In this document: positions 20,389-30,129 of the stretch, one piece after another
Numbering within the stretch: position 1 is the first letter of the stretch
Layout: every line of letters starts with the position of its first letter
Assembly: GCA_024346625.1 (NCBI GenBank)
Contig: AP024666.1
Location: 248,001 to 312,000, forward strand
Length of the DNA stretch: 64,000 nucleotides
DNA from: Williopsis jadinii
Taxonomy: Eukaryota
Direction of reading: 5' to 3'
The notes under the pieces: generated by a model
Told to the model about the DNA's origin: nothing
Seen by the model: the letters and a program-made list of their open reading frames with translations, nothing else
Database searches by the model: none
Position numbers and translations under genes: made by a program

Positions 20389-22907
20389 TTAACTATCCAG
20401 CTGAATGATCAATTTCCGGTCTTCAATGTACTTTGACAAAAAGTCCAGATCTACACTCTGGAATTGAATAACCTCATTGAATGTAGGATCCGTATAACGA
20501 GGGTCAAAGTCTTTGTTTAAGAGACCAGTCTCTGTGTTGAAGTCTAGCATATCAACCTCATCGTTTGTGTCGTCAATATGCTCTACCCCATGTACCAAAG
20601 CAATATCTCTGGCAGATAGTTCACCAACACCACGGTAGTAGTTATCCACGGGTTCTGCAGGTTTGTTCACAAACATCTTACTTGGATAATGGAAATGCTG
20701 AATCAACGTATCTTTAAAGTTAGCGATACATTGCTCCTGAATATCAAATGACCTTGGTTTGAACCTATCCTCGTTATCAAAAAAGTTTGGTATCGGATCG
20801 TTCAGAATGGTATTTCTCATGATAAACTGTCGTCTTCTGACCATGAATGAAATGATACGACATGTATAATGTACGTAGTATTTATACTCCTGTGGAAGCT
20901 CATGTAGAAGGGCATCTTTGCTCATTGGGAACAAAGAGTGGAACCCACTGAACAGGAATGTAAATATGTAACGACATCCCGCCAAAATTTCTTCCAATAC
21001 TTCTGCAAGCGCATTCCAAAAGGCATATACAACCTTTTCCACTGGCTTCATCTCGGAATAAATGACATATATAGCCGAGGGAACATCATCATACCAACGT
21101 TGTAGCAATTCATACAACTTGTTGACTGGGAACCTTAGAACGTGCTTGTTCGATTTTTCATTTTCCATAAAGCTCAGACAAAACTGCAAGAAATCCACCA
21201 AGTTTGAATAGTGGGTGTGTATTTCATCGTCACTGTCGACGATGTCCTCATTCTCCAAGAATTTTGAACCGAATTCTTTAACAACGTGTAAGAAATCATA
21301 CAATATACGATGGTCATAAGCTGGATGATAAACATACCTAGAGGTGAACCTGAGACCATCACCGGATCTTTTCAACATCGGGTACGATTTTGGGAATTTA
21401 TCAACGTTCTGGAAACAGGATATCATGATCGCAGATGGGCCTTGGGTCATCGAGAAGTGATCCTTCATGGGAACATCTTTCAAATATATCGACGATGCCA
21501 TTAGTATGGAGCACATGACGAATAGTGGGATTGCTTTTTCGTCGTCAAGACTGTCGAGTTCTTTGCTTAAATGACTAATCACATCACCACGGTACTTAAT
21601 GTAGTGATAGCGCAATTCCGCGTAATCTCTCTTGCAAACTCCAGTACCAAAGAGCATGTGTGCTTCAAACACATATGGATTTATCGTAGCCATGCAAAGA
21701 CGAGAGTGAATCTCTTGCAACAAGAAAACACGACCAAAGACACCGGCTGCTGTTTCTCCAAAATTCTCTGGGAATTTACGAGGATCATACTCAGGCCTTG
21801 TAGATTTGTGCGGTATCAAAGGTACCTCCACGACTCCTCCAACATACGTCGGTTCCAAGCTGATCCTTACTTTACCTCTTGGTGGTGTTATAGATGACAC
21901 CAGGGGAGTCGGAGGCGAATCAAACGACAAGGGACTGGTTTTGTTTGAATATTCACTGGCGTATTGTTGCATTTTTTCTTGAATAGGATGTTTAACATGG
22001 GACGCTTCGGATAGTGGATCCTTTGATGATTCACTGGAACGTTGGTATTGTCCCTGGACATTATTGAGTTCATCAGAGCCGATGGGGCTTTCTAAGGTGC
22101 CCGCCGGAAAGTGGTGAGCATGTTGATGATCATGTTGCAGGGAATATTGCTGCTGCTGCTGTTGTTGTTGTTGTTGTTGTTGCTGTTCTTGTATCTGTGA
22201 GCTCTCTACGACACCCTGTGGGTAGTACACTGGTACATAACTCTCGCCAATGACATCGATAAGCCTACCAGCGCCATCATACTGGGGGTATTGATATGCA
22301 TCCTGAAGCCTGGAAGAGCCGCCTTGTCCTTGTGCAGCGCCTATTGTGTTATCCACTGGTGGTGTGTTTTGGGTGAACGACAAGAGGTAGCTCTGGATCT
22401 CCTCAGTGTCAGTATGTGACAATCTGATTCTCTCCAGTTCCCGCTCAGTGTACATCAGATACCCACACCGTATCTATAAGTATCGGTCAGTATAAGTGTC
22501 CCGCCATTCATACGCGCAGGACCGTGCTATCATCAACATGATAAAGCAAATCCATCAGCATAGACTTCATACTCACGGATCGCGCTGAGCACTTCTTGCA
22601 GTGCGGTAGAGTCTCATCACATTTAATCCGTCTCTGCTTGCACTGGGGACAACCTAGTGATGCTGTTAGTATATTCTCATCCACAAGACACTCCAGTCAC
22701 AAGCCACGCAGATAAGTGTTGATACGCCCTCGCCTGTCTGTGAGTTCACACCCACAAGACGCCATATAGACAAGCACGCGCCAACCAAAACACCAAACTG
22801 TACCCACAGGCCCGTCCTCTCCTGAATATGGACAACTTACCAAGTCGAGAGTTCTTATGCTTCTTCCTATGAAGTTTCTTCGATTTCTGTTCTTCCTTTT
22901 CGCCCAT
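20389..22907 (-). CDS. Zn(II)2Cys6 transcription factor; exons 22907-22841, 22653-22577, 22473-20389
   Basis: Spliced N-terminus MGEKEEQKSKKLHRKKHKNSRLG-CPQCKQRRIKCDETLPHCKKCSARS-IRCGYLMYTER; intron 1 GTAAGT/TACTAAC/TAG and intron 2 GTGAGT/TACTGAC/TAG; frames consistent. Confidence 0.9.
22146..22187 (-). repeat. (CAA/CAG)n poly-glutamine microsatellite within the Zn-cluster TF
   Basis: Seen directly; encodes a run of Q. Confidence 0.9.
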
Positions 22908-23544
22908 CCTATCACGTCAACGCACACCGAGCGCTTCACGAAGATTGTGTTGTTGCTACTTGTTGTTTTTGCCCTCTCTTGCTAGGGGTATCCCTTGAGC
23001 TTTTCTGGGTTTCTGGGGGGTTCCGCTGGTTGTGTATCTGTTTTCCTACAGTTTTGCCCCTCCTATATACGTGCCTATTGTGCTATGGCCGGACGCTGCG
23101 TCCGTGTAGGAAGAACTTAAGCTTGCACAACTTCTGCCTTTGTTTCACAGCGAGATAGACCAAGAGAACAAGGCCAACAGCCTTGCTCAAGGCTGCCCCG
23201 CCTTTCCTCCGCTCATGTCTCATCAGACTACCGTTGTTACCGTAGTATGCACTGCACTCTCTGAAGCCCGAGACATGGTGCAACAATCGAGGTTGATCCC
23301 ACCGGTTTAGGCCTACCGGTGCGTGGCGGCAACCTTGTGGTTGGCCTAATTCTACAGCGAAGGGCCCCTCTAAACTCTATGGCCTGGGCTGTTGTTGATC
23401 GGCGTGGTTGCTATGTAGCGCTACGGCGTAGCGCCGTTGACATCATACATCATGAACCATAATCTAAGCAAACTGGCTAATTCTGTCTATATACACAAAG
23501 AATGAGCAAGTGGGGAGGACAGAGCACACGAACTCTGTTCTGCT

Positions 23545-24774
23545 TCAAAAGCTTAACGACGAGCCGATCGTTTCAATGATGGACTGGACCTCGTAGAGGA
23601 AGAGCACGATCAGCACGAGCTTTATGACAAGCTTTTGTGTTAGAGACAATGAGTCGCTCTCGTCAATCTGCTTGAACACCTGAGACACCACAGGGATGTT
23701 GGACAGTAGATCGACAAACGTTGAGTGCTCATCCAGGTCATCTTGGCCCGTGGCCTCGGCAGAAGATTCCACTCCAGTCTCCTGGCGTGCTGGATCCGTC
23801 ATGACATCAAGATGATCACTCTGTTCAACCTCCACCTCTTGAACAGGAGACGGTATGTCTTGATCAACCACCAGTTGCGGGTGCTGGAACTCGAGGCTTG
23901 GTCTCTTACTCCTGTTTCTAGACTTGAACAACCTCTTTAGCAGTTTGGGCTTTTTATCCCTTTGGTTCGTGGCGCGGCTCATGATCTCAACTGGTGATAG
24001 CTCTGGCCTCTCAGGTTCACTCTCGACGGGATACGCTACAGGCGCTTCCGTTGGAACCTGTTCACTGATTTCACCGTGCGGATTGCTGTCTGTGGGAGGG
24101 ACGATATGACCATACGGTTGTTCATGGTCTTCAACGGGCAGAACTGGGATGGCTCTCCTTCTGTCGTCGAATTCCGGTTCATATAGTTGGTCCGACACAT
24201 AGCGTTGTCTTTTCTCATATCTTGTTGTGTCATACATATCTTCATCTGTCTCTTCAGGAGCAGCTTCGAAGTAGTACCCAGTGCCGGTTATCCTCAACTC
24301 ACCAGCGCTTCTCCTGAGCTGTTTGTCCATACTATTTTCGTACCCAATGGCTATCGTAGGCATCAATTCCAGACTATCGGTGCTATCCTGTCTATGTCTA
24401 TACACGTTGTGATTTGGCACCGATTTACTCTCAGTCTTGGTCCTGCTAAAGAGCCTGATCTTTGAATTGAGAGCACTATTACTGCTCTGTTCCAAATGGT
24501 CCTCGAAAACGGCATCGTTAGCCCTATGCGGTTGATAACCGAACCTTGAGCTTGGATCCGCCAGTACGACGTTCGACGCCGTCTCCTTCTTCAAATGAGG
24601 ACGGGGATCTTGATATGCCACGCTCTGTTTCATGGCTCGTGAAGAGGCCTCGAAGCCTTGTGGTCTAAATGGTACCCTGTTATAGGGAACTTCGGATGGC
24701 GATGATGCAGTATTCTCCAGTTCCCGACTGGGCTGTGATTTTCTTTGCCTTGAAGGCTCATCTTTTATTGACAT
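23545..24774 (-). CDS. Uncharacterised 409-aa hydrophilic protein with one C-terminal hydrophobic segment (possibly tail-anchored)
   Basis: Long ATG-started ORF; LVIKLVLIVLFLY near the C-terminus; no family recognised. Confidence 0.7.
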   Translation of the reverse strand: MSIKDEPSRQRKSQPSRELENTASSPSEVPYNRVPFRPQGFEASSRAMKQSVAYQDPRPHLKKETASNVVLADPSSRFGYQPHRANDAVFEDHLEQSSNSALNSKIRLFSRTKTESKSVPNHNVYRHRQDSTDSLELMPTIAIGYENSMDKQLRRSAGELRITGTGYYFEAAPEETDEDMYDTTRYEKRQRYVSDQLYEPEFDDRRRAIPVLPVEDHEQPYGHIVPPTDSNPHGEISEQVPTEAPVAYPVESEPERPELSPVEIMSRATNQRDKKPKLLKRLFKSRNRSKRPSLEFQHPQLVVDQDIPSPVQEVEVEQSDHLDVMTDPARQETGVESSAEATGQDDLDEHSTFVDLLSNIPVVSQVFKQIDESDSLSLTQKLVIKLVLIVLFLYEVQSIIETIGSSLSF

Positions 24775-25281
24775 ATTAGTTTAGTTTGCGGTTACGGAGC
24801 TTCTGTCCTTGGCTTGGCAGCTGATGAGTACGCTTTTCCACACTAGAAAGAGACTAAATGTTGAATCAAAGGAGACAAGCGGTGAAACCCTCAAGTTAAA
24901 GCCAAAAGTTTAGAAATTCCATGTAAGATTCCACATGTTAAAACCGTTAGGGCTAATGCAGATGGCTGGTGGGGCTTTGTTTACAATAAATTGAAGTGTT
25001 GCCCCTGGCCAAAATTAAAACACAACAATTACATCACTCCTATTCGAATAGCAGGCGTATAATTATAAGAGGTAGTACTATATAAAGAATGCAACTCTGT
25101 ATACAACTTGTCCGATAGATGTCGTCTACATCGACAATCTTCTTCATACCAAAGAACTCCAATGTCATGAAAAGCCAAAAAAGCAACAAAAAGAAATTAT
25201 GGACGGAAACCCGAGCGCCAGATGTCCTCCAGAGAATTGAAAATGTGTAGTAGCTTCACCATTAGGAATCACACTGAGGGT

Positions 25282-26901
25282 TTAGAATCCAACGAGCTCC
25301 TTGAGGTCATCGGCCAAGGCCTCGAGACGAGACTCCAAGCCTTGAAGTGACGCCTTCAAGTCAATGGAGGATTCAGATTCGACAGATGACTCCTCAGTGC
25401 CCCAGAACTTGGTCAAGTTACCACCGGCACCGTTGTAGATCAAGTAGTTTGGAGTGTCCTCTGGAATGTCGTCCAAAACATCCTTTGTAGAGTACTCGAT
25501 GATCTTCTTCTTCAATTGTGCTGGGGAGATACCACCTTTAGCAGTGAAGAACTCAGAATCTGAGCCTGGTTGCAAAGACAAGTAGTATGACAACAAACCA
25601 GCAACGTGTGGAGAAGCCATGGATGTACCAGACAACGTAGCAGTGGCAGTTTCCGAGCCAATGTATGTAGACAAGATGTTAAGACCTGGGCCAAAAATAT
25701 CAACACACTTACCATAGTTGGAGAAGTAAGCTCTGGTGTCGGATAAAGTGGAGGCACCAACGGTAACAGCCTTCTCAGCGGCAGCTGGTGAGTAGTTACA
25801 AGCATCAGCGTTGTCGTTACCAGCAGCAACGGCAAAATGGATACCGGCAGTAACTGCAGCGTTGACAGCCAAGTCCAAAGCTGGTGACTTGCCACCACCG
25901 AGGGACATGTTTGCAGTGGAACCCTTGAATCCTTTCTTGTTGTCTTTAACAGCCTTTGCGTGTGCATTAGCCGCATACTCAACACCCTTGACGACATCAG
26001 ACATGGTACCGGAACCGTTAGATCTCAAAACCTTAACGGCAACAATATCAGCCTTCTTTGCAACACCGTAGTGCTTAGAAGCGATAGTACCGGCACAGTG
26101 GGTACCGTGACCGTTACCGTCAACATCTTCATCACCAGATGGGATAGTTGAACCCCACTTAGCACGACCTTCAAACTCCTTGTGAGCAATGTTGACACCG
26201 GTGTCAATAACGTAAGAGGTGACACCTTCACCAGCGTCGCTATCGTACAAGTACTTGTTAAAAGATCCCAATGAAAGTGGTTCACGGTGAGAGATTCTGG
26301 ACAAACCCCATGGTGCGCCATTTTGGGTGTCAAATTCAGAGGCGAAGACTCTGGAGTCCTTCTCCACAAATTTAACCATTGGGTTACGACGGATAAGCTC
26401 AATAGTGTCATCCAAAAAGTAACCAAAGTACCCAGACATCAAGTTGTCAATGGAGAAGCCATCCAAGATACCACCAAGAGCAGAACCAACAGATTGCTGT
26501 TGCAACTCTTGGAAGAATGCGCTTGTAGGGTCGGCCTTTTGTAAAGCTTGGGCAGCAGTGAGGTGCTCAGCAGCAACCCACTGCATATGGAAGTTCGCCT
26601 CCTCTGGCTTGACACCCTCCTTGAAGACAATAATGTATCTGTGAGGAATGATGTTACGGCCAGCAGACTCTGTGGAGATTAGCTCAGCTGCAGCCTCCAG
26701 TGGCAAAAGTTGTTCACGGAGCAAAGAGGTGTCCACAGCGGCAGCAATGACTTGTTCAGGGGCAACCGACTCGACACGCGCAGCAGCGTTGTTGCCAGCG
26801 GCTTGGATGGAAAAGACATCTTGGTTAGAGATGCCTGGAATGACGAGGGCGTTTGCAATGGAGAGCAAGACGGACACTGGGAGTAAGAATGCGGTCTTCA
26901 T
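25282..26901 (-). CDS. PRB1: Vacuolar protease B (subtilisin S8, cerevisin)
   Basis: Signal peptide MKTAFLLPVSVLL, I9 propeptide, triad motifs VIDTG, HGTHCAG and GTSMASPH. Confidence 0.95.
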   Translation of the reverse strand: MKTAFLLPVSVLLSIANALVIPGISNQDVFSIQAAGNNAAARVESVAPEQVIAAAVDTSLLREQLLPLEAAAELISTESAGRNIIPHRYIIVFKEGVKPEEANFHMQWVAAEHLTAAQALQKADPTSAFFQELQQQSVGSALGGILDGFSIDNLMSGYFGYFLDDTIELIRRNPMVKFVEKDSRVFASEFDTQNGAPWGLSRISHREPLSLGSFNKYLYDSDAGEGVTSYVIDTGVNIAHKEFEGRAKWGSTIPSGDEDVDGNGHGTHCAGTIASKHYGVAKKADIVAVKVLRSNGSGTMSDVVKGVEYAANAHAKAVKDNKKGFKGSTANMSLGGGKSPALDLAVNAAVTAGIHFAVAAGNDNADACNYSPAAAEKAVTVGASTLSDTRAYFSNYGKCVDIFGPGLNILSTYIGSETATATLSGTSMASPHVAGLLSYYLSLQPGSDSEFFTAKGGISPAQLKKKIIEYSTKDVLDDIPEDTPNYLIYNGAGGNLTKFWGTEESSVESESSIDLKASLQGLESRLEALADDLKELVGF

Positions 26902-27268
26902 GATCGGCTTCTTCTTAAAAGGAAGTTTCGATAGCGTTGTAGTGTGCTTCAAAAAGCGCTTGTTTCAGAGAGATAGTTTAAACTGGAATGAGGAATACGA
27001 TACGACAACAGTGTACACGTTGTCTGTCTTCAATATTCCTACCTTCGGTTCCAGTTGTTGGTTCGGTACTTGTATCTATGAGGCAACTAGGGGGGAAAGG
27101 TGGCAATCGCTTCGCCTTTTATACCAATTGGCGCGGATATTAATTTGCTCCTCCCCCTCCTCGCCTGAAAGTGCCAGGGCTACAAACCGTTTTCTCTCCC
27201 GCTCTCTCTTTAAGTGCGCATGACGTTTTCAGGATCCACAATGACACCGAAAGACGTGGGACCGCGCG

Positions 27269-27282
27269 ATAAGCTGATAAGG
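27269..27282. promoter_or_regulatory. Tandem GATAAG sites (GATA/nitrogen-catabolite type) in the PRB1 / Zn-TF divergent region
   Basis: gataagctgataag. Confidence 0.5.
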
Positions 27283-28075
27283 AGATTATGTACCGTGTGT
27301 GGGCCATTTTCCTGTAATCAGACGTCTATATTTATCTTTGGACGTCATGAGGGATAAATCGGTGACACATTATTGGCTCTGTTTATGGTATCTCTGAATT
27401 AGGAGGCGCGTGTGTATTTGGGGAGGGGGTTGTTCTCACAGCGTGAAGATGCTGACTGGGGGTACAACAATGCGATCTTGGTGTTGTACATGAACAGCAA
27501 GCGTTTTCTGGTACATGATACGCTTAACAGTTCCAGCAGCTCCAGCAGTTCTGGAACACATACAGAGGAGCTACCTTGGAAGTGCTGTGTGTGACCCGGG
27601 TGGAAAGGCACATCTAACAGGCTTACAACTGTGGACGGATCACCGGTACACCAACATCACGCGTCACGATGTGATTGTTCACCTTTCTGGTTAGTGCCAC
27701 TGAAATGGGAGCCCCGTGATCGGGATATGTGGGTCCAGGATTAGCAGCTTGGCCGTTGGTGTCGTCATCGATGTTTGCGCTGGTGCTCCATGCTCATCGC
27801 CGTGGTGCTGTCCATGGACGGTCAAGAGTAATCCAACACGGGCTTTGTTAACCGATGTGTGAAGAGCTTTGTCTCCTGTGAGGGCGATGAGAGACACGCT
27901 GATGTTCGGTTGTACTTTCCACCTTGTCCATCCTGCCCGGTGTGTGTGGTGTTTGGATGTTTCTGATACGCATTTAGACACAGAGGTTGGATTGGGCTAG
28001 TTATCACTTCCTTCCTGAAGAATGTGGATGCCTTAAAAGGAGCGACTTTGCCATTGGCTGCCAGAGGAACTCACC

Positions 28076-30058
28076 ATGGTATCCAGAACATCCCCGAAGA
28101 CTACCCAGCCAAAGGGGTTTAATGTCTTTTCAATTGATAAGAGGAGTAATAGGCTTATCCCCAAGAGGAAAAGATCATGTGTACAGTGTCAACGGAGAAA
28201 AGCCAAGTGTTTGATGGTGGAAAGCAGTTCGTGTGACGCTTCCAGCTGTAAGTCGTGTTTGGAAAGAGATGATCCTTGTAGCTTTAGAAAGAAAGCCTCA
28301 GAGTCTGCCGAGCCTGCAAGTACTTTGTCTGTTATTGAAGATACATCGAGAACAACAGCGTATGAACATCAACAGATTCCATTTCTTGATCAATTGAACA
28401 ATATGGATTGGATCAAGTTGATTGATTCTGAAATTGGAGATAACGATATGTTCATTGACGTATTGAGCATTAATAAATCTCCTGGAGTAGTTCCAACGTC
28501 ATCCACTGATAGTGCTCCAAATAACCAATCGGACATTGAGATACAGGATGTCACAGACGTCCCCATAGATGGACGGAATGTTAATACTTCGTTTCAATAC
28601 TACGGGTACACAGGAGAGTATGATCCTTGGCTGCGGTACAACTTCTACCAATACGACAAAAACAACGAATGTTCATTCAGCTCTAAGTTCTTCAGGAAAA
28701 TGGGCACAGCAAATGATCCAGTGATTTTTGCCTTTAAAGACAAAGATCGTCTACTTCAAGAGACAAAGGAGATTGAGAATGGCATTAATCCATATGGTGC
28801 TAAGTTATCAGAGAGATTAGCGAGCTATGCACCGAATTTCATCATTCTTTATCTAAGATTTGTTTTCCCATCATTGCCGATACTGGACGGGAAGTTCCTA
28901 CGCGAAGTATTCTCAAATGAAATGGCTGAGTATAGCAAGAATTCAGAAGACATTGATCCTTTGCTTCTTATCCTCATTGCAAAAGTCGTCAGACAATGGG
29001 ATACATATGACACCTCGATTGAAATATTCTCAGATGACTCTGAAACATTAATGAATGACAGAAAGAAGTTCATGAGCACGGCTTGGAACATGTTACTTGA
29101 TGAAATACATACACCAGATTTATCAACAGTCAAGTCTATGATCTTGTTCTACCATTTATTAGGACTCAAGAAGGACTCACAAATAAATGGGTTTGAACAG
29201 AGTGTACTGTCGAGCCTTATTACAGTATGTTACAGACTTGGGTTACACGAAGACTGCTCAAGATGGAAAATTCCAGAGATGGAGAAAATGACAAGGCAGA
29301 GACTATGGTGGACAGTTTACATACTTGAAAAATGGGGTTCTTTCGTCAGTGGTAGTCCAAGTCTGATAAACGATGAAGAAGTTCATACTATCCCACCAGG
29401 GCAATTCGAAGAAATCTTTGAGGACACATCTGAGTACATGAACAATGACGAAAGCTTTGTCAAGTCTTTCCATTTCTCTGTCAAATTGACATTTATACTC
29501 ATGGAGGTAAAGCGGTCATTGTTTTCTCCAAGTGCTTATAATAGTGACAAATCATTTCAGCTGGACAAATGTGAAGAGCTTGAGTCCAAACTGGCCGATT
29601 GGAAGAGTAAGCTACTTGGTATACAATCGTCAGATAACATCTCAACTCATAGTCTGATGATATCCTGTTTCGTTTTAGAAATTACGATATTCAGGGCCCG
29701 TTTCAGAATCATGGGAACATCAGAATATTACAACATGTGCTTTTCTGATGCTTCTAAAAAGCTCCAAGAAATAGTTGACTACCTAACATCCTTACCTTCC
29801 TCATCAATTCATGGGTTCTGGTATAGATGGACAAGATCTGGATTCATGTATATTAAGGATTTTGTGCTCTCGTTGATTGTTATCTCAAGAACCAAAGAGC
29901 AATCATTGATGGTATTGAATTTGACCAGAAGATTCCGAGAGTGGCTGGAATTGAACTCGAAGACATTGCCAATTCTTTGGACAACTCTGTTGCGGCTCAA
30001 TATTGCAACCCAGAGTATTGGAAATCAGTTTAAAGCAATGTCAAGAAAGAGTCATTAA
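28076..30058 (+). CDS. Zn(II)2Cys6 transcription factor with fungal-specific TF (middle homology) domain, Dal81/TamA-like features
   Basis: CVQCQRRKAKC-x12-CKSCLERDDPC; YYGYTGEYDPWL; YLRFVFPSLPIL; LGLHEDCSRWKIP...RQRLWWTVYILEKW. Confidence 0.9.
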   Translation: MVSRTSPKTTQPKGFNVFSIDKRSNRLIPKRKRSCVQCQRRKAKCLMVESSSCDASSCKSCLERDDPCSFRKKASESAEPASTLSVIEDTSRTTAYEHQQIPFLDQLNNMDWIKLIDSEIGDNDMFIDVLSINKSPGVVPTSSTDSAPNNQSDIEIQDVTDVPIDGRNVNTSFQYYGYTGEYDPWLRYNFYQYDKNNECSFSSKFFRKMGTANDPVIFAFKDKDRLLQETKEIENGINPYGAKLSERLASYAPNFIILYLRFVFPSLPILDGKFLREVFSNEMAEYSKNSEDIDPLLLILIAKVVRQWDTYDTSIEIFSDDSETLMNDRKKFMSTAWNMLLDEIHTPDLSTVKSMILFYHLLGLKKDSQINGFEQSVLSSLITVCYRLGLHEDCSRWKIPEMEKMTRQRLWWTVYILEKWGSFVSGSPSLINDEEVHTIPPGQFEEIFEDTSEYMNNDESFVKSFHFSVKLTFILMEVKRSLFSPSAYNSDKSFQLDKCEELESKLADWKSKLLGIQSSDNISTHSLMISCFVLEITIFRARFRIMGTSEYYNMCFSDASKKLQEIVDYLTSLPSSSIHGFWYRWTRSGFMYIKDFVLSLIVISRTKEQSLMVLNLTRRFREWLELNSKTLPILWTTLLRLNIATQSIGNQFKAMSRKSH

Positions 30059-30129
30059 CCACGAGAGCACATGACTACTGTGTTTATTAAACAGTTAATA
30101 TTCACAATCAATTAAAATACCGAAATAAA

